Made by a program: the position numbers and the translations under genes. Of a DNA stretch of 64,000 bases, positions 1 through 9,760 are shown one piece after another. The notes beneath the pieces are model-generated. The model was not told the origin of the DNA, did not search any database, and saw nothing but the letters and a program-made list of their open reading frames with translations. Source of the stretch: Planctomycetota bacterium (GTDB taxonomy: Bacteria > Planctomycetota > UBA11346). Numbering within the stretch: position 1 is the stretch's first letter; each line of letters begins with the position of its first letter. The stretch spans positions 200 to 64,199 of the forward strand of contig JANWWU010000083.1 of the NCBI GenBank assembly GCA_025055595.1. The letters run 5' to 3'.

Positions 1-816
1 CGAGGCGACGATCAGGACGCTGATCGCGAAGGGCAGCCAGCTGAGCCGGTCGCCAGGCAGCGGCAGGATGCCGCAGAGGAGGTGGACGATGGCGGCGAAG
101 CTCAGGCCGGTCAGCGGCAGGGCGACCAACAAGGCGACCTCCGGGAAACGCAGCAGGCGCTCGGCGATGCGCGGATCGCTGGCGATCGCCCACAGCGTCG
201 TAGCGAGGGCCGCGGCGACCAGCGACCACAGCGCCTGGCGCGTCCAGCGGATCGCGCGCTGCTGCAGCTCGCCGTCGGTCTTGATCAGCAGCCAGGTCGC
301 GCCCATCAGCAGGTATCCGCAGACCGCGACCAGCGCGAAGCCGGCCGCGAACACCCAGGCCGCCCAATCCTCGGCGAAGCCCATGATGAAACGTCCGAGC
401 ATCCAGCCCTGGGCGAGCGCGGTGACGAGGGATCCCCACTGGAAGGCGCGATCCCACCACGCCTGCTGCGGCGGCGGGGCCTTCTTGCGGAAGTCGAAGG
501 CGACACCGCGGAAGATCAGCGCGATCAGCATGATCGCGATCGGCAGGTAGAGCTGGCCGAGGACGATGCCGTGGGCCGCCGGGAAGGCGACGAGCAGCAA
601 GCCCGCCCCGAGGATCAGCCAGGTCTCGTTGGCGTCCCAGAAGGGGCCGATCGCCGCGATCATCCGGTCGCGATCGGCGCCCTGCACCCGTCCGCTGAGC
701 ATGCCGACCCCGAGGTCGTAGCCATCGAGGACGGCGTAGACGAGCATCGACAGGCCGAGCAGAGCGGCGAAGACGAAGGGCAGCCAGTGGCCGCTGGCGA
801 TCAGATCCGGCGTCAT
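1..816 (-). CDS. cydB: Cytochrome bd ubiquinol oxidase subunit II, 3'-truncated by the window edge
   Basis: I translated the minus strand by hand (it is not in the ORF track because the stop lies outside the window): MTPDLIASGHWLPFVFAALLGLSMLVYAVLDGYDLGVGML..., a typical CydB N-terminus. Its ATG at 816 overlaps the cydA stop (ATGA). Confidence 0.85.
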   Translation of the reverse strand, partial: MTPDLIASGHWLPFVFAALLGLSMLVYAVLDGYDLGVGMLSGRVQGADRDRMIAAIGPFWDANETWLILGAGLLLVAFPAAHGIVLGQLYLPIAIMLIALIFRGVAFDFRKKAPPPQQAWWDRAFQWGSLVTALAQGWMLGRFIMGFAEDWAAWVFAAGFALVAVCGYLLMGATWLLIKTDGELQQRAIRWTRQALWSLVAAALATTLWAIASDPRIAERLLRFPEVALLVALPLTGLSFAAIVHLLCGILPLPGDRLSWLPFAISVLIVAS

Positions 817-2141
817 GGCGAGGTCTCCGCGACTGCTGGTTGTGCGGCCTGCGCCGCCTTCCGCGCCAAGTAGGCGAGCACGGCGATGAAGGCCGCGACC
901 AGCACGAGGTAGGTGATCAGGTAGAGGACGAAGGTGAAGCCGACCATCGCGGGCGGATGCGTCGCCACAGCCTCGCGCGTCTTCAGCACCCCTTGCACGA
1001 GCCACGGCTGACGACCGATTTCCGTCACATACCAGCCGGCGAGGCTGGCGATCCAACCGCTGAAGGTCATCCATGACAGCGTCCGGAGGTACCAGTCGGG
1101 CCAGGCGCGGCGGCGCCAGAGCAGCCAGGCGCCGAGCCAGGCGACCGCGATCATCAGCAGCCCGATGCCGACCATCAGCCGGAAGGACCAGAACACCGGC
1201 GCCACCGGCGGATGCTCGCCGACGAACTGATCGAGCCCGCGCACCGTGCCGTTCGGATCGCGCGTGATCACCAGGCTGCCGAGCTTGGGGATGGCGAGCT
1301 CGGCGCGATTGCGGCGCTCCTCTTCATCGGGGATGGCGAAGAGAACCAGCGGCGCCCCGCTCTCCGTGCGCCACTGCGCCTCCATCGCGGCCAGCTTCGC
1401 CGGCTGGTAGTCGCGGGTGTTGATGCCGTGCAGGTCGCCGACGACGAGCTGCAGCGGCGCGGCGACGGCAAGCAGGAGCACCGCGGTCCTCAGGCCGGCC
1501 TGCACCGCCGCGCCGCGGTCGCCGGCGAACCAGCGCCAGGCGAGCATGCCGGCCATCAGGAAGCCGGCGGTCAGCACCGAGGACAGCAGCGTGTGCGCGA
1601 AGCGGTAGGGCATCGAGGGCGAGAAGACGATCGCCAGCCAGTCGGTCGCATGCGCCTTGCCGTCGATCATCGTGAAGCCCTGGGGAGTGTGCATCCAGCT
1701 GTTGAGGACGAGGATCCAGAACGCGGACAGCGTGGTGCCGAAGGCGACGAGCACCGTCGCCAGCGTGTGCACCCAGTTCGGCACCTTCTTGAAGGCGAAG
1801 AGCATGATCCCGAGGAAGGTCGCCTCGAGGAAGAAGGCGGTCAGCACCTCGTAGGCGAGCAGCGGGCCGGCGACATTGCCGACCGTGTTCATGAAGCCCG
1901 GCCAGTTGGTGCCGAACTGGAAGCTCATCGTCAGGCCGCTGACCACGCCGAGGCTGAAGGCGAGGGCGAAGACCTTGGTGAAGAAGAAATAGAGGTCCAT
2001 CCAGTGCTCCTCGCCGCTGCGCGTGTAGCGCCACTTCAGGAACACGAGGATCCAGCCCAGGGCGATGGTGATCGTCGGGAACAGGATGTGGAACGAGACA
2101 TTCGCCGCGAACTGCAGGCGCGAGAGCAGGTAGTCGTCCAT
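813..2141 (-). CDS. cydA: Cytochrome bd ubiquinol oxidase subunit I
   Basis: The 442-aa ORF begins MDDYLLSRLQFAANVSFHILFPTITIALG..., the canonical CydA N-terminus, followed by Q-loop and multi-TM architecture. It is translationally coupled to cydB. Confidence 0.95.
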   Translation of the reverse strand: MDDYLLSRLQFAANVSFHILFPTITIALGWILVFLKWRYTRSGEEHWMDLYFFFTKVFALAFSLGVVSGLTMSFQFGTNWPGFMNTVGNVAGPLLAYEVLTAFFLEATFLGIMLFAFKKVPNWVHTLATVLVAFGTTLSAFWILVLNSWMHTPQGFTMIDGKAHATDWLAIVFSPSMPYRFAHTLLSSVLTAGFLMAGMLAWRWFAGDRGAAVQAGLRTAVLLLAVAAPLQLVVGDLHGINTRDYQPAKLAAMEAQWRTESGAPLVLFAIPDEEERRNRAELAIPKLGSLVITRDPNGTVRGLDQFVGEHPPVAPVFWSFRLMVGIGLLMIAVAWLGAWLLWRRRAWPDWYLRTLSWMTFSGWIASLAGWYVTEIGRQPWLVQGVLKTREAVATHPPAMVGFTFVLYLITYLVLVAAFIAVLAYLARKAAQAAQPAVAETSP

Positions 2142-2218
2142 GGGCAGCCTTCGCGAAAAGGAGTTGTAGGTATATTAAGCCAGATGAACGGATTTTCAGC
2201 CAGAGCCAACGTTGTCAA
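2142..2218 (-). promoter_or_regulatory. Putative cydAB promoter/operator region: the only AT-rich stretch nearby
   Basis: On the minus strand, a TAATAT -10-like hexamer lies about 25 nt upstream of a GAAGG RBS and the ATG. A perfect TTGACA sits about 35 nt further upstream, too far for a standard sigma70 spacer, and overlaps a near-palindrome GACAACGTTGGC (core CAACGTTG). This may be an activator-dependent promoter, as is common for cydAB. Confidence 0.3.
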
Positions 2219-3369
2219 TTGTTGGTCGATTGCGCGTTGCGTGCCGCATCTGCCCTCACTTGCGCCGGCGGCCGCCGCCGGCGCAAGTAGGCCTCGAGCA
2301 GGACGGCGAGGCACTCCGCGGCGGCGCGCGGCAGGCCGCGGGCGAGTTCGACCGCCCCGCCGCCGGCGCCGCGCAGCCGCACATGGGCGCGGTCGGAGAG
2401 GCTCAGCGCCCCTTCGACTTCCGCGGCGAGATCCGCGCTGAGCGCGAGCGCGCTCGCCGCCGGCCGCAGCCATCCGGCCTCCACCTCGATGCCGGAGCGC
2501 TGCAGGACGATGCGCGCGCGCCACAGCGCGTTGCGCAGCGCCGCATGCCAGGCTTGGATCAGGAACGGCGCGATCATGACCGCGAGCACGGCATCGAAGG
2601 CGAGCGCGACCAGCCCGACGGCGCCGGTGAGGGCGACGCAGGCGTGCAGCGACCGCGCGTCCTGGCGCGGCGTGCGCCAGGAGGGAAGGTGGAGGACCAG
2701 CGTCTCGCCGGCGTCCTCGAGACGGATGCCGGCGAGCGCCAGCGGCGCCAGCGGATCGCGGCGCAGAGCCGCAGCGAGCGCGCGTTCGGCTGGCAGCTCG
2801 CTGCCGGCGCTGCCAGCCGCCACCGGCAGCAGGAACGACAGCGGCCCGCGGCGAGCGCGCCAGCGCAGGCGCCACTGGGCGCGCGCCGTCGGCAGATCGC
2901 TGGGCAGCGGCAGCTCGAGCCGATAGCCCCACAGCTCGCCCTCGCGGCGCGCCGCGCGCCGATCGCCGCGCAGCGGAATCGCGCACAGGCTGCGCCGGCC
3001 GTGCTGCACCTCGAGGACGGCGGTCGGGATGCCGTCCTCCGGCGCGCTGCCGTCGAACACCAGGACCTCGACGACGGTGCCGCTCTGCCAGCCTCCGCGC
3101 TCGCAGCGCAAGCGAACGCCGGGCTGCGCGCTCGCCGACCAGCGCTGCAGCGCGGCGACCAGCAGGACGCCGCCGGCGACGGCGAGGGCGAGCGCGAACG
3201 CAAGCAGGACGATGGAGAACAGCGCGAACCCGCTCTCGAGGGCGAGGAACGCGAGGCCGACCGCCAGCAGCAGCGAGAACAGCGGACCGAGCAGCTCGGA
3301 GGCGCTCGGCCGCTCGGGCGGCAGCTCTTCGCGCGCTGGCTGCAAGGCCTGCTCTCCGGACGCCGACAT
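2215..3369 (-). CDS. Hypothetical membrane protein: two N-terminal TM helices plus a soluble domain
   Basis: The 384-aa ORF has a hydrophobic N-terminal stretch (LLGPLFSLLLAVGLAFLALESGFALFSIVLLAFALALAVAGGVLLVAAL). The overlapping plus-strand ORF 2212..3504 has R/D/Q/G-rich antisense-like composition, so the minus-strand ORF is preferred. I do not recognise a family; a bacterial PH-like (YdbT-like) architecture is possible. Confidence 0.45.
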   Translation of the reverse strand: MSASGEQALQPAREELPPERPSASELLGPLFSLLLAVGLAFLALESGFALFSIVLLAFALALAVAGGVLLVAALQRWSASAQPGVRLRCERGGWQSGTVVEVLVFDGSAPEDGIPTAVLEVQHGRRSLCAIPLRGDRRAARREGELWGYRLELPLPSDLPTARAQWRLRWRARRGPLSFLLPVAAGSAGSELPAERALAAALRRDPLAPLALAGIRLEDAGETLVLHLPSWRTPRQDARSLHACVALTGAVGLVALAFDAVLAVMIAPFLIQAWHAALRNALWRARIVLQRSGIEVEAGWLRPAASALALSADLAAEVEGALSLSDRAHVRLRGAGGGAVELARGLPRAAAECLAVLLEAYLRRRRPPAQVRADAARNAQSTNN

Positions 3370-3412
3370 GCCAGCATCCTGCGCCTGCGCCGTGCGACGC
3401 TAGCGCTCCGCC

Positions 3413-5404
<1,992 letters not shown>

Positions 5405-5518
5405 GAGCTTCCGAAGTATGGGGTCGCCTGGCTTCGCCCAAGCGATGATCGCTGCGCCTGCGACGCCGTGTCAGCGGCTCGCGGCTGGCAATCGGCGGCC
5501 GCGCTCTCTGCTGTCGCC

Positions 5519-6637
5519 ATGCCGGAACCAGCGCTCTCGTACCTCGCGAGCGCGCGCTTCGAGGCTGCGCGCTCCGTCGCCTGCGTCGCCGACGGCCATC
5601 CCTGCCGGCGCCTGCACGGCCACAGCTTCCTGTGCCGGCTGCGCGCGCGGCCGCCCGCGGCCTGGGTGCCCTATCCCGGCGGCGCCCTGCCGACGCTCGC
5701 CGCCTGTCTGCAGCGCGCCACCGCCGAGCTCGACTACCGCTTCCTCAACGAGCTGCTCGCCTACCCGACCGACGAAGAGCTCGCGCGCTGGCTGTGGCGC
5801 CGCCTGACCCGCCAGGGCGTCGCGGAGCGCAGCGTCCATGGGCTGCTCGGCGTCGGCATCGCCAGCACCGCCGAGCAGGGCGTCGAGCTGCTCGCGCTCG
5901 ATCGCGCCCGGGTCTGGCGCCGCTTCCACTTCGCCGCCGCCCACCGTCTGCCGCGCGTGCCAGCTGGCCATCCCTGCGGCCGCCTGCACGGGCACAGCTT
6001 CGCGGTGACGCTGATCGCCGAGGCCGGCTTCCCCGACCAGGCCCCCCTCGCGCTCGACTACGAGCTCCTCGCCGAGGCCTGGGAGCCGATCGGCCGTCAG
6101 CTGGCGCACCGCTGCCTCAACGAGGTCCCCGGTCTCGACAACCCGACCAGCGAGGTCCTCGCCGCCTGGCTGTGGGAGCGCCTGCGCCCCGCGCTCGGCG
6201 CCCTGCGCGCGCTGCGCGTCGCCGAGACCTGCACCGCCGGCTGCCACTACGACGGCCAGCGCCATGTCATCTGGAAGGAGTTCCGCGCCGAGAGCGCGGT
6301 CCGCCTGCCGGCGGCGCCGAATGGCAGCGAGCTGGCGCGCTGGCATGGGCACAGCTACCGCCTGCGCTGCTGCCTCGCTCCCCCCTTCGACGCGATGCTC
6401 GGCTGGACGATCGATTTCCGCGCCGTCAAGGACGGCCTGCAGGCGGCGATCGCCGAGCTCGATCACCACGCGCTCAACGAGCTGCCCGGCATCGCCGACG
6501 GCGACCCCGCGAGCGTCGCGAGCTGGCTGTGGGATGCCGCCCGCGCGCGCTTCGGCGAGGGGCCGCTCGTCGCTCTGGTCGTCGAAGAAGAGCCCGGCCA
6601 CGGCGCCGTCCTCGGCGACGCGGTCGAGCCGTGGTGA
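5519..6637 (+). CDS. 6-carboxytetrahydropterin / 6-pyruvoyl-tetrahydropterin synthase-like protein (QueD/PTPS T-fold), three tandem repeats
   Basis: The ATG at 5519 lies inside the spurious 3422..6637 ORF. The 372-aa product has three repeats of about 124 aa, each with the QueD-like LDY..LNE....A.WLW.RL block. Repeat 1 has CRRLHGHSF, repeat 2 has AAHRL plus CGRLHGHSF, and repeat 3 has WHGHSY. Only repeat 2 retains all three Zn-ligand His residues plus the catalytic Cys. Confidence 0.78.
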   Translation: MPEPALSYLASARFEAARSVACVADGHPCRRLHGHSFLCRLRARPPAAWVPYPGGALPTLAACLQRATAELDYRFLNELLAYPTDEELARWLWRRLTRQGVAERSVHGLLGVGIASTAEQGVELLALDRARVWRRFHFAAAHRLPRVPAGHPCGRLHGHSFAVTLIAEAGFPDQAPLALDYELLAEAWEPIGRQLAHRCLNEVPGLDNPTSEVLAAWLWERLRPALGALRALRVAETCTAGCHYDGQRHVIWKEFRAESAVRLPAAPNGSELARWHGHSYRLRCCLAPPFDAMLGWTIDFRAVKDGLQAAIAELDHHALNELPGIADGDPASVASWLWDAARARFGEGPLVALVVEEEPGHGAVLGDAVEPW

Positions 6638-6688
6638 AGCCCGGCGGCCGCGCGAACGACGAAAGACCCCGGCCACTGGCCGGGGTCC

Positions 6689-6779
6689 TGGCGGAGACGG
6701 GCGGATTCGAACCGCCGGTACGCTTTTGGCGTACGGCTCATTAGCAATGAGCTGGTTTCAACCACTCACCCACGTCTCC
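6689..6779 (-). tRNA. tRNA-Ser (anticodon GCU)
   Basis: The reverse complement gives GGAGACG TG GGTGAGTGGTTGAAACC-AGCTCA-TTGCTAA-TGAGC-long variable arm GTACGCCAAAAGCGTAC-GGCGGTTCGAATCCGCC-CGTCTCC-G-CCA. It has a 7-bp acceptor stem, a GCT anticodon loop, a long variable arm, a G73 discriminator and an encoded CCA. Confidence 0.9.
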
Positions 6780-6808
6780 GTGCGCGGCGACTGCGGAGTC
6801 TAGCGAGG

Positions 6809-9757
6809 CTAGGAAGCATGCAATGCAGCGGGGAAGGAGAGCGCCCGGGCCGCGGCCGCGCGCACGCGCTGGCGCAGCGCGCGCAGCGCCTCATCGAAGG
6901 CCGCCGCATCGCGCCAGCCGCAGCGGCGCGCCAGCTGGCCGCGCGCCGCGGGATCGGCGGGCACCGCGCTCAGCGGCCGTCCTGCAGCGAGGCGCAGGCG
7001 GTTCTCGATGTCGCGCAGCGCGCGCAGGCCATCAAGCAGCGTCTCGGCATCGGCTGCCGCCAGCCGTCCGAGCTCGGCCAGGCGTCGCAGGCAGGCCGCC
7101 GTGCTCGGCGGATCGGGCAGCAGCTCGGCCGGCAGGCCGAGGAACAACGCCTGCGCGACGAACTCGGCGTCGACGTAGCCGCCGATGCCGCGCTTGAGGT
7201 CGTCGCTCCCGGCGACCGTCGCCTCCAGCCGCTGCCGCATCGCCGCCACCTGCGCCTGCAGGTCGGCGGGCGCGGGGGCGGCGATCGCCTGCTGGCGCAG
7301 CAGCTGCAAAGCCTCGGCGGCGAGCTGCGGATCGCCGGCGAGGTAGGAGGCGCGCAGATGCGCCATCCGCTCCCAGGCCTCGCGCGGCTGCCGCCAATAG
7401 TCGCCAAGCAGCGGCAGCGTCGCGACCAAGGGCCCCTGCTCGCCCCAGGGGCGCAGGCGGGCATCGAGCGGGCCGATGCCGAGCTCGGCGACGCCCCGGA
7501 TCAGGTCCTGGGCGACGCGCTCCCAGAAGGCCTCGCCTTCCCGCCCGCTGCGCGGGCAGACGCCGCCGGCGTCGCAGACGAACAGCACATCGGCATCGCT
7601 GCACCAGCTCATCTCGCGACCGCCGAGCTTGCCGAGCGCGAGCACGCAGAAGCGCGCCGGCCGGCCCTGGATCTCCGGCACGCCCCAGGCGCGGGCGCGC
7701 TCGCGCAGGCAGTGGGCGAGCGTCGCCGTGATCGCCACCTCGTTGATCAGCGCCAAGCGGGCCCCGAGATCCTCCTCGGCGCCGCGCAGCTGGCGCGCGG
7801 CGGCGACCGCAAGCTCGCGCGCGACGAGGAAGGCGAGCGACGGCAGCGGATCGGCGAGGCCGCGCATCAGCGCTCGCGCCTCGCCATGCAGCACCACCGC
7901 GCGCAGCGGCGGGCGGGCGAGCGCATCGGCCAGCTCGTCGGGCAGGCCATGGTGCCGCTCGATCAGCTCGGCGAGCAGATCGCCGCTGTCGGCGAGCGCG
8001 ACGAGCAGATCGAGGACCGCCGGGCGCTGCGCGAGCAGCTCGTAGAAGATCGCCCGGCCGCCGACTGCCGCGACGATGCGCGCGACATTCGCCAGCGCGC
8101 GCTCGGGGTCGGCGGTGGCGGCGAGACGGTCGAGGAGCCCGGGCAGGACGGCAAGCAGCGCGCGCTCGGTGCGCGCGCGCGAGAGGATGAAGAACGGCTC
8201 CTCGGCCAGCGCGCGCAGCCAGCGCGCGGCGCTCGCCGGATCGCGGAAGCGGCCGCTCAGCAGGCGCTCGGCGAGCTGGGGGCTCGCCTCGCCCTGGACG
8301 AGCAATGCGAAGGCGGCGTCGTCGGCCGGCCCGCGTCCGAGGAACCAGGCATCGACGATCGTGCGCACCCGCTCGCGGACCCGCATCAGATCGGCCTCGA
8401 AGCGCGCCAGGGCCTGCGCTCCCGCGTAGCCGCAGCGCGCGGCGAGGCTGGCGCGCGCCGCCGGCGCGCTCGGCACCTCGTGCTCCTGGCGGTCCTCCCA
8501 GCACTGCAGGCGGTGCTCGAGCGTGCGCAGCCAGATGAGGTGCTGCGTCAGCTCCTCGGCCAGCGTTTGCGGCAGGATCCCGCGGTCGGCGAGCACGCGC
8601 AGCGCCGGCAGGGTGGCGCGCAGGCGCAGCTCGGGCAGCCGGCCTCCGTACAGCAGCTGCAGGTGCTGGACCAAGAACTCGATGTCGCGGATGCCTCCGG
8701 CCCCGGTCTTGACATCGGCGCTGCGCGCGCGCTCCTCGATGCGGCGGCGCATCGCGCGCGTCTCCTCGATGTCCTCCCAGCGCGGCTCCTGCGGCCAGAT
8801 CCAGGGCGCGAGCTCGTCGAGCAGCCGCTGCCCGAGCGCGAGGTCGCCGGCGACCGGCCGCGCTTTGAGCAGCGCTTGCCGCTCCCAAGGCCGGCCGACC
8901 GTCCAGTAGTAGTCGACGGTCTCCTGGCGCGACAGCGACAGCTCGCCGCGCTCACCTTCCGGGCGCAGCCGCATGTCGACCCGCAACAGGCGCTCGCCGT
9001 CGCCGCCCTCGAGCCAGCGGATCAGCGCGCGCCCGAGCCGGCAGGCCTGGGCGTGCGCGCGCTCGGCCTCGTCGCCCGCCTCGTAGACGAACAGCAGGTC
9101 GACATCGCTGCTGTAGTTGAGCTCGCGGCCGCCGAGCTTGCCGAGCGCCAGCACGCAGAAGGGCGGCGGCTCCCCGCGCTCCGCGACCTCGGCGCGCGCC
9201 AGCTCCCAGGCCGCGCCGATCAGCGCATCGACAGCATCGGACAGCTCGCCGACGATCGCCTCGAAGCCGAGCAGGCCGCAGGCCTCGCCGAGCAGGACGC
9301 GCAGCCACTGGCGGTGCTTGAAGCGGGCGAGCGCGGCCTGGCGCTGCGCCGGGCCGCGCGCGGCGGCGAGCTCCTGATCGAGCGCGCGGCGCAGCGCGGC
9401 GCGGCCCCAGATCTCGGCGTGCTGGTTCTCCTCGATGATCTGCCAGAACACGCCGGGGACGCGGCAGGCGAAAGCGAAGGCGTAGCGGCTGATGCCGGCC
9501 AAGCGCATCGGCAGCAGCGCCAGCTCGGGGTTGGCGAGCAGCGCGCGCAGGCTGGCGGCGCCCGCCGGATCGTCGTGGACCAGCGCGGCGAGATCAGCGA
9601 GGCGGGCGTCGGCTTCGGGCAGCCGGGCGGCGAACGGCCGCACCGCCTCGAGCAGCTGCACCGCCTCCGCGCCGAACCGCGAGATGAGCGCCCGCTCGGG
9701 AGCGCTGAGCGTCGCCTCGGACATGGCGGCATCGCAGGGCGTCGCCGCCGCGCGCAA
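6809..9757 (-). CDS. glnE: Bifunctional glutamine synthetase adenylyltransferase/adenylyl-removing enzyme
   Basis: The 982-aa protein has two nucleotidyltransferase repeats carrying FCVLALGKLGGRE(L/M) and SDVDLLFV motifs. The start may be the second Met (MSEATLS, 9724). Confidence 0.95.
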   Translation of the reverse strand: MRAAATPCDAAMSEATLSAPERALISRFGAEAVQLLEAVRPFAARLPEADARLADLAALVHDDPAGAASLRALLANPELALLPMRLAGISRYAFAFACRVPGVFWQIIEENQHAEIWGRAALRRALDQELAAARGPAQRQAALARFKHRQWLRVLLGEACGLLGFEAIVGELSDAVDALIGAAWELARAEVAERGEPPPFCVLALGKLGGRELNYSSDVDLLFVYEAGDEAERAHAQACRLGRALIRWLEGGDGERLLRVDMRLRPEGERGELSLSRQETVDYYWTVGRPWERQALLKARPVAGDLALGQRLLDELAPWIWPQEPRWEDIEETRAMRRRIEERARSADVKTGAGGIRDIEFLVQHLQLLYGGRLPELRLRATLPALRVLADRGILPQTLAEELTQHLIWLRTLEHRLQCWEDRQEHEVPSAPAARASLAARCGYAGAQALARFEADLMRVRERVRTIVDAWFLGRGPADDAAFALLVQGEASPQLAERLLSGRFRDPASAARWLRALAEEPFFILSRARTERALLAVLPGLLDRLAATADPERALANVARIVAAVGGRAIFYELLAQRPAVLDLLVALADSGDLLAELIERHHGLPDELADALARPPLRAVVLHGEARALMRGLADPLPSLAFLVARELAVAAARQLRGAEEDLGARLALINEVAITATLAHCLRERARAWGVPEIQGRPARFCVLALGKLGGREMSWCSDADVLFVCDAGGVCPRSGREGEAFWERVAQDLIRGVAELGIGPLDARLRPWGEQGPLVATLPLLGDYWRQPREAWERMAHLRASYLAGDPQLAAEALQLLRQQAIAAPAPADLQAQVAAMRQRLEATVAGSDDLKRGIGGYVDAEFVAQALFLGLPAELLPDPPSTAACLRRLAELGRLAAADAETLLDGLRALRDIENRLRLAAGRPLSAVPADPAARGQLARRCGWRDAAAFDEALRALRQRVRAAAARALSFPAALHAS

Positions 9758-9760
9758 GCC

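Noticed and set aside
6689-6779. tRNA-Ser as a genomic-island integration site
   Set aside because: There is no integrase, no direct repeat of the tRNA 3' end, and no GC or coding-density shift on either flank. The neighbouring genes are core housekeeping.
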